Sequence record: MT774386.1
Strand: one strand, 5' to 3'
Length of the DNA: 40,000 bases
Source: an uncultured phage cr110_1
Under the pieces are notes generated by a model. It saw only the letters and a list, made by a program, of their open reading frames with translations, ran no database searches and had not been told where the DNA came from. The translations under genes and the position numbers were made by a program. Positions 36,246-40,000 of the stretch are shown here, in pieces (the stretch's first letter is position 1; the number at the start of each line of letters is the position of its first letter).

Positions 36246-38846
36246 ATGCCTTTTGGTAGTTTTAAATCAATAGATTATAATTATGTTCCTAAACATAATT
36301 TAGAAGTTATAGGTCAAACTTATGATTATCTTCAACAAAGACATGATGCTGCTGTTGCTCAAGAAAGTGCTTTAAAGAAACAAATTGGTGAACTTGAACT
36401 TAATGCTCAAGAAGATGAATTTAAACAAATGCTTGTTAATAGTATTGAAAGCAAAATTCAAGATGCTGTTGTAGGAGATTTTAAAGGTTATGCTCTTGAT
36501 GAAATAATTGCTGAAGCTGGCAATCTTGCTTCTGACCCACGTGTTATTGGTCGTCTTCGTGCTCAACAACAATATAAAACTTATCAAGATAATCTTAATG
36601 CTCGTACTGATTTATCAGAAGATTATAAAAATTATTATCGTCAAGTCAATACTTATCATTATGAAGATAAATTAGATGCTGCTGGAAATGTAATTGGTGG
36701 TGCTGAATGGAAACCAAAAAAACAAGAAGTTAGTGAAGTTCCTACTTCTGTTATTTATAACGAAGCTTTGAAAATTGCTCAAGCTGATGCTGGTGGCGGA
36801 GAAAGTTATAGTTTTCTTGATGCCAATGGAAAGCCTACAAGCGATTATACTAAATCTGCTACCGGAGAAATGTTTATGAAAAGCGGTAATAAATGGGAAA
36901 GACTTAGTGAAGATAAACTTCAACATGCTCTCGATGCTGCTATTGAGGGAACTCCTGGTGCTAAAGCAAGTCTTCAACAGGATTACGATATTGCTATTTG
37001 GAAAGATAAAACTCAATCTAAAAATGCCGATGTTCGTGATAATAACGGTAATCTTATGAATTATGACGAATTTATAAATCGTCGTTTTAATAACTTTAAG
37101 AAAGCTGCTGCTTATAATAGAAGTTATAGTACATCTGAATTTGGTGAAGCTTTAGCATCTGCTAAGAAAATTGCTGCTGCAAGTGGCGGTGTTGCTAATG
37201 ATAATAATTTTGCCAATGTTATAGTAGATGGTGCTCCTCTTGTTGCTAAAAATGAAAGTGCGATAGAAGCTCGTGCTAATATTCAAAATAGTAAATCTAC
37301 TATTGCAGATATATTTTCTCGTAATGGCGTTCAAGGAGATATTAATTCTATGGATACTGCTGCTCTTCGTCAACAAGTTAATTCATTGCCTAATAGTCCT
37401 GAAAAACTTGAAGCTCTTAATGCTATAAAAACTATTGAAGATAATACTGAATTTATGAATAAGATTCTCGGAGTTAATGCCGGTACAGAAGCTGGTAATG
37501 CTTTTGAAACTTATACTGCTCTTAGTTCCGGAACTGATATTCCTGATAATCAATTTAGAAGTGGCGTTAATCAATACATGGATGCCATATTTGACGAGAA
37601 TACTTATGCTGTTAGACAATATCTTAATGATGATGAATATACCACTCTTGTTAAAAACTTAGGTGGAGATAATGCTCTTAAATCTTTAGGCATTAGAATT
37701 GGTAGAGAAAATGGAATGCAATATGTTGAACTTCCTCGTCAAGCTAAAAACAATACATTTAATTTCTCTAAAGCTGTAAGAGACGCTCGTAATCAAAATA
37801 CAAATCTATTTAAAGAAATGATACAAATGCCAGGACGTGCTCTTCGAGGTCTTGGTTTTATTGATTATGATAAGACTAAAACAGTACCTAACGCTGTTAA
37901 AATTGGTAAGAATGGAGAAAAAATTCTTGATGTTACTCCTACTGAATTATCTGCTCAAGGAACTGATTATGGTAGCAATACAAGTTTAGGTGGTATTATG
38001 AATAATTTTGCTAATTTTGGCGATGATTTAAATCGTAATGCAGAAGCTATTATTCAGCAAGACGTAATAATGCCGACTGAAATTATTGCTAATGTTAGTC
38101 CTACTCATGCACAAGCAGAATATAATCTTAAGCATGGTATTGGTAAACCGGAAGATAATAAACGTATTATGGATGTAGAAGAAGAGAGATTTAAACAGGC
38201 TCTTGGTAACATAGATTTTACTCAAACTCCTAATACTTATATTTATGATGATGAAACTTCTACTTATCGAGAAATGGATACAGAAGAAGAAATGAAATAT
38301 ACCAATATAATTGCTAATGCTAAAGAAAATCTTACTGTCAATGGCATTACTTATTATGCTGATGGAAGTATTCGTTCTGCTGTTACTATCAAAGACCCGA
38401 AAAATCCTGAAAAAGCTCCTAAGCGTATTCAGTTTGGACTTAATCCTGTTATGTCTAAAGACTGGCTAAATGATACTAATACTAAAGCTGGTATTCGTTT
38501 ATCTAAACTACGTAGTTATAAATACGATTATAATATAGGAAATAGTCCTTATACTTCTAATATTGGTAAATATCAAATTGACAGCGATTTGAATCTTATT
38601 AATAAAACTAATAATAGAGTTATTCGTCAGCTTACTCCTATCGAAGCTCAAGACTTGATTGAAAAAGATATTCGTCTTGATGAAGCAGCTAATGCTTATG
38701 TAACTGGTCAAGTTACTGATATTAAATATTTAGCTGCTATTATTAATAGCGTTGCTGAATCTTACTCTAAGTATTTGTATAATACTACTGATTATAAGCA
38801 AAATATTGCTAATGCTATTGGTAATAATTTAACTGAATATAAATAA
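36246..38846 (+). CDS. Large virion/cargo (ejection-type) protein
   Basis: 866 aa, mostly helical, in the gene cluster after the tail proteins. Confidence 0.5.
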   Translation: MPFGSFKSIDYNYVPKHNLEVIGQTYDYLQQRHDAAVAQESALKKQIGELELNAQEDEFKQMLVNSIESKIQDAVVGDFKGYALDEIIAEAGNLASDPRVIGRLRAQQQYKTYQDNLNARTDLSEDYKNYYRQVNTYHYEDKLDAAGNVIGGAEWKPKKQEVSEVPTSVIYNEALKIAQADAGGGESYSFLDANGKPTSDYTKSATGEMFMKSGNKWERLSEDKLQHALDAAIEGTPGAKASLQQDYDIAIWKDKTQSKNADVRDNNGNLMNYDEFINRRFNNFKKAAAYNRSYSTSEFGEALASAKKIAAASGGVANDNNFANVIVDGAPLVAKNESAIEARANIQNSKSTIADIFSRNGVQGDINSMDTAALRQQVNSLPNSPEKLEALNAIKTIEDNTEFMNKILGVNAGTEAGNAFETYTALSSGTDIPDNQFRSGVNQYMDAIFDENTYAVRQYLNDDEYTTLVKNLGGDNALKSLGIRIGRENGMQYVELPRQAKNNTFNFSKAVRDARNQNTNLFKEMIQMPGRALRGLGFIDYDKTKTVPNAVKIGKNGEKILDVTPTELSAQGTDYGSNTSLGGIMNNFANFGDDLNRNAEAIIQQDVIMPTEIIANVSPTHAQAEYNLKHGIGKPEDNKRIMDVEEERFKQALGNIDFTQTPNTYIYDDETSTYREMDTEEEMKYTNIIANAKENLTVNGITYYADGSIRSAVTIKDPKNPEKAPKRIQFGLNPVMSKDWLNDTNTKAGIRLSKLRSYKYDYNIGNSPYTSNIGKYQIDSDLNLINKTNNRVIRQLTPIEAQDLIEKDIRLDEAANAYVTGQVTDIKYLAAIINSVAESYSKYLYNTTDYKQNIANAIGNNLTEYK

Positions 38847-38847
38847 T

Positions 38848-40000
38848 ATGGATGTACTAAAATTTTTGCGAGAGGGAAATAAAGTTCCTAATCCGGAATA
38901 TAATCCTAAAACTAAAAAGGGGGCTACACAGCCCCCATTCTTCGTTAATACAGACCCTGATGCTGATGCAAAAAATAGACTTCTTAGCGTTATTGCAGAG
39001 GGTCGTAGTTATCGTAACGCTCCTATTAATCTTCATCCTGATGAATACGCCCCTTATAACGTTTTTGTAAATAATATTGATACTCAAGAAGAACTTGATA
39101 AAGAACGTGCTGTTAATCAAAGCGAATTTATGCAGGCGATAAATAGTGGCGGTCGTACTCTTAATCAATTGACTGTTGGTACTGTTTTAGGTGCTGCCGA
39201 TTTAGCATCTGTAATTGTCGATGCTATGGATAAAGATGGCTTTAATTATGAAAGACCGCAAGTTGTTCAAGCTATATCTGATTTTAAAGATGCTATTGAT
39301 AAACGGATGCCTATTTATAGAGAAAATCCTAATGCTGCTTTTGACGTTACTGATGTTGCATGGTGGGGAGAAATGATTCCATCTATTGTTACAAGCGTTA
39401 GTTTAGCCGTTCCTGGTTATGGAGTTTCTAAAGCTGCTTCTATGTTTGGAAAAATTCCTACTCTTAATAGAATGATAACTAAAGCTGCTAATATTCTTAA
39501 ACTTACTCAAAAAACTCGTGATATTATTAGCACTGGAGCGAGTATGACTACTAACGGTGCTACAATGAGATTGCTTGAAAATTATCAAGAAGCTGTTCAA
39601 ACTAAAGATGATGCTAAACAATTTGCTAATCAGCAATTAGCTTCCATGAATGATGAGCAACGTGCTACTTTTATAAAGAATAATCCTCAATATGCAGATA
39701 AGTCTGATGAAGAAATTGCAGAAGATATAGCAACTAATGCTGCTGGAGAAACTTTTGTTACTGATTGGCTTAATTTAGGTTTTGATATTGCCCAATTATA
39801 TGGATTAAGAAATCTTGTTAAATCTTCTCTTGTTCTTAGTAAAAGTAGTAAACTTCGTAATCTTAATAATAAAGCTGCAAAACAATTCGGTATGACTGCT
39901 GATGAAATTGCTGCTTCTAATGCTGCAAGTTTAACTAAACTTGAAAAAGCTCGTACTTTAGTAAACAATCTTGGTTATGACATTCTTCATGGTGCTCGTA
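38848..40000 (+). CDS. N-terminal part of a large virion/ejection-type protein (continues past window)
   Basis: ATG 38848, MDVLKFLREGNKVPNPEYNPKTKKGATQPPFFVNTDPDADAKNRLLSVIAEGRSYRNAPINLHPDEYAPYNVF..., open to the window end. Confidence 0.75.
   Translation, partial: MDVLKFLREGNKVPNPEYNPKTKKGATQPPFFVNTDPDADAKNRLLSVIAEGRSYRNAPINLHPDEYAPYNVFVNNIDTQEELDKERAVNQSEFMQAINSGGRTLNQLTVGTVLGAADLASVIVDAMDKDGFNYERPQVVQAISDFKDAIDKRMPIYRENPNAAFDVTDVAWWGEMIPSIVTSVSLAVPGYGVSKAASMFGKIPTLNRMITKAANILKLTQKTRDIISTGASMTTNGATMRLLENYQEAVQTKDDAKQFANQQLASMNDEQRATFIKNNPQYADKSDEEIAEDIATNAAGETFVTDWLNLGFDIAQLYGLRNLVKSSLVLSKSSKLRNLNNKAAKQFGMTADEIAASNAASLTKLEKARTLVNNLGYDILHGAR

Noticed and set aside
39051-39067. ACGCCCCTTATAAC as a motif copy near the expected 39-kb position
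   Set aside because: Lacks the CCCCGTAGAGG core, so not counted.
1-40000. Stop-codon reassignment (known in some crAss-like phages)
   Set aside because: TAA, TAG and TGA all end well-supported genes here and no gene except the 24177-24578 one needs stop readthrough.
1-40000. CRISPR array, rRNA, tRNA or transposase
   Set aside because: No regularly spaced 20-40-bp repeats, no recognisable tRNA cloverleaf or rRNA segment, and no transposase/integrase-like protein were seen; a tRNAscan run would be needed to exclude tRNAs fully.

Overview
The window is a dense, AT-rich phage segment with almost all coding on the + strand. Gene content and order match the late/structural module of a crAss-like phage (Crassvirales), probably infecting Bacteroidales. 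Recognisable genes, in order, are a PD-(D/E)XK nuclease, a GH108-type endolysin and spanin-like lysis genes, the large terminase, portal, scaffold-like protein, major capsid protein, a BACON/Ig-like repeat tail protein, a collagen-containing fibre, small fibre and membrane genes, connector/ring-like proteins, a ~1157-aa tail protein, and large cargo/ejection-type proteins. Protein assignments come from reading the sequences; no homology search was run. The main non-gene signal is a dispersed ~15-bp G-rich motif, 5'-CCTCTACGGGGGGTC-3', with 14 copies found by eye. It occurs in genes and in intergenic DNA, in all three reading frames and on both strands. It replaces the usual synonymous codons at repeated peptide motifs. 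The full G6 form is only on the + strand, at roughly 5-kb spacing. Other notable items are a head-fibre-like gene split by one in-frame TAA with no ATG after it, a duplicated intergenic element (23-bp and 15-bp blocks with identical 20-nt spacing), adjacent fibre-like genes with G7 tracts, a large inverted-motif hairpin, and an ATG-less ORF downstream of a terminator hairpin. Motif function is unknown; the proposals given are hypotheses.
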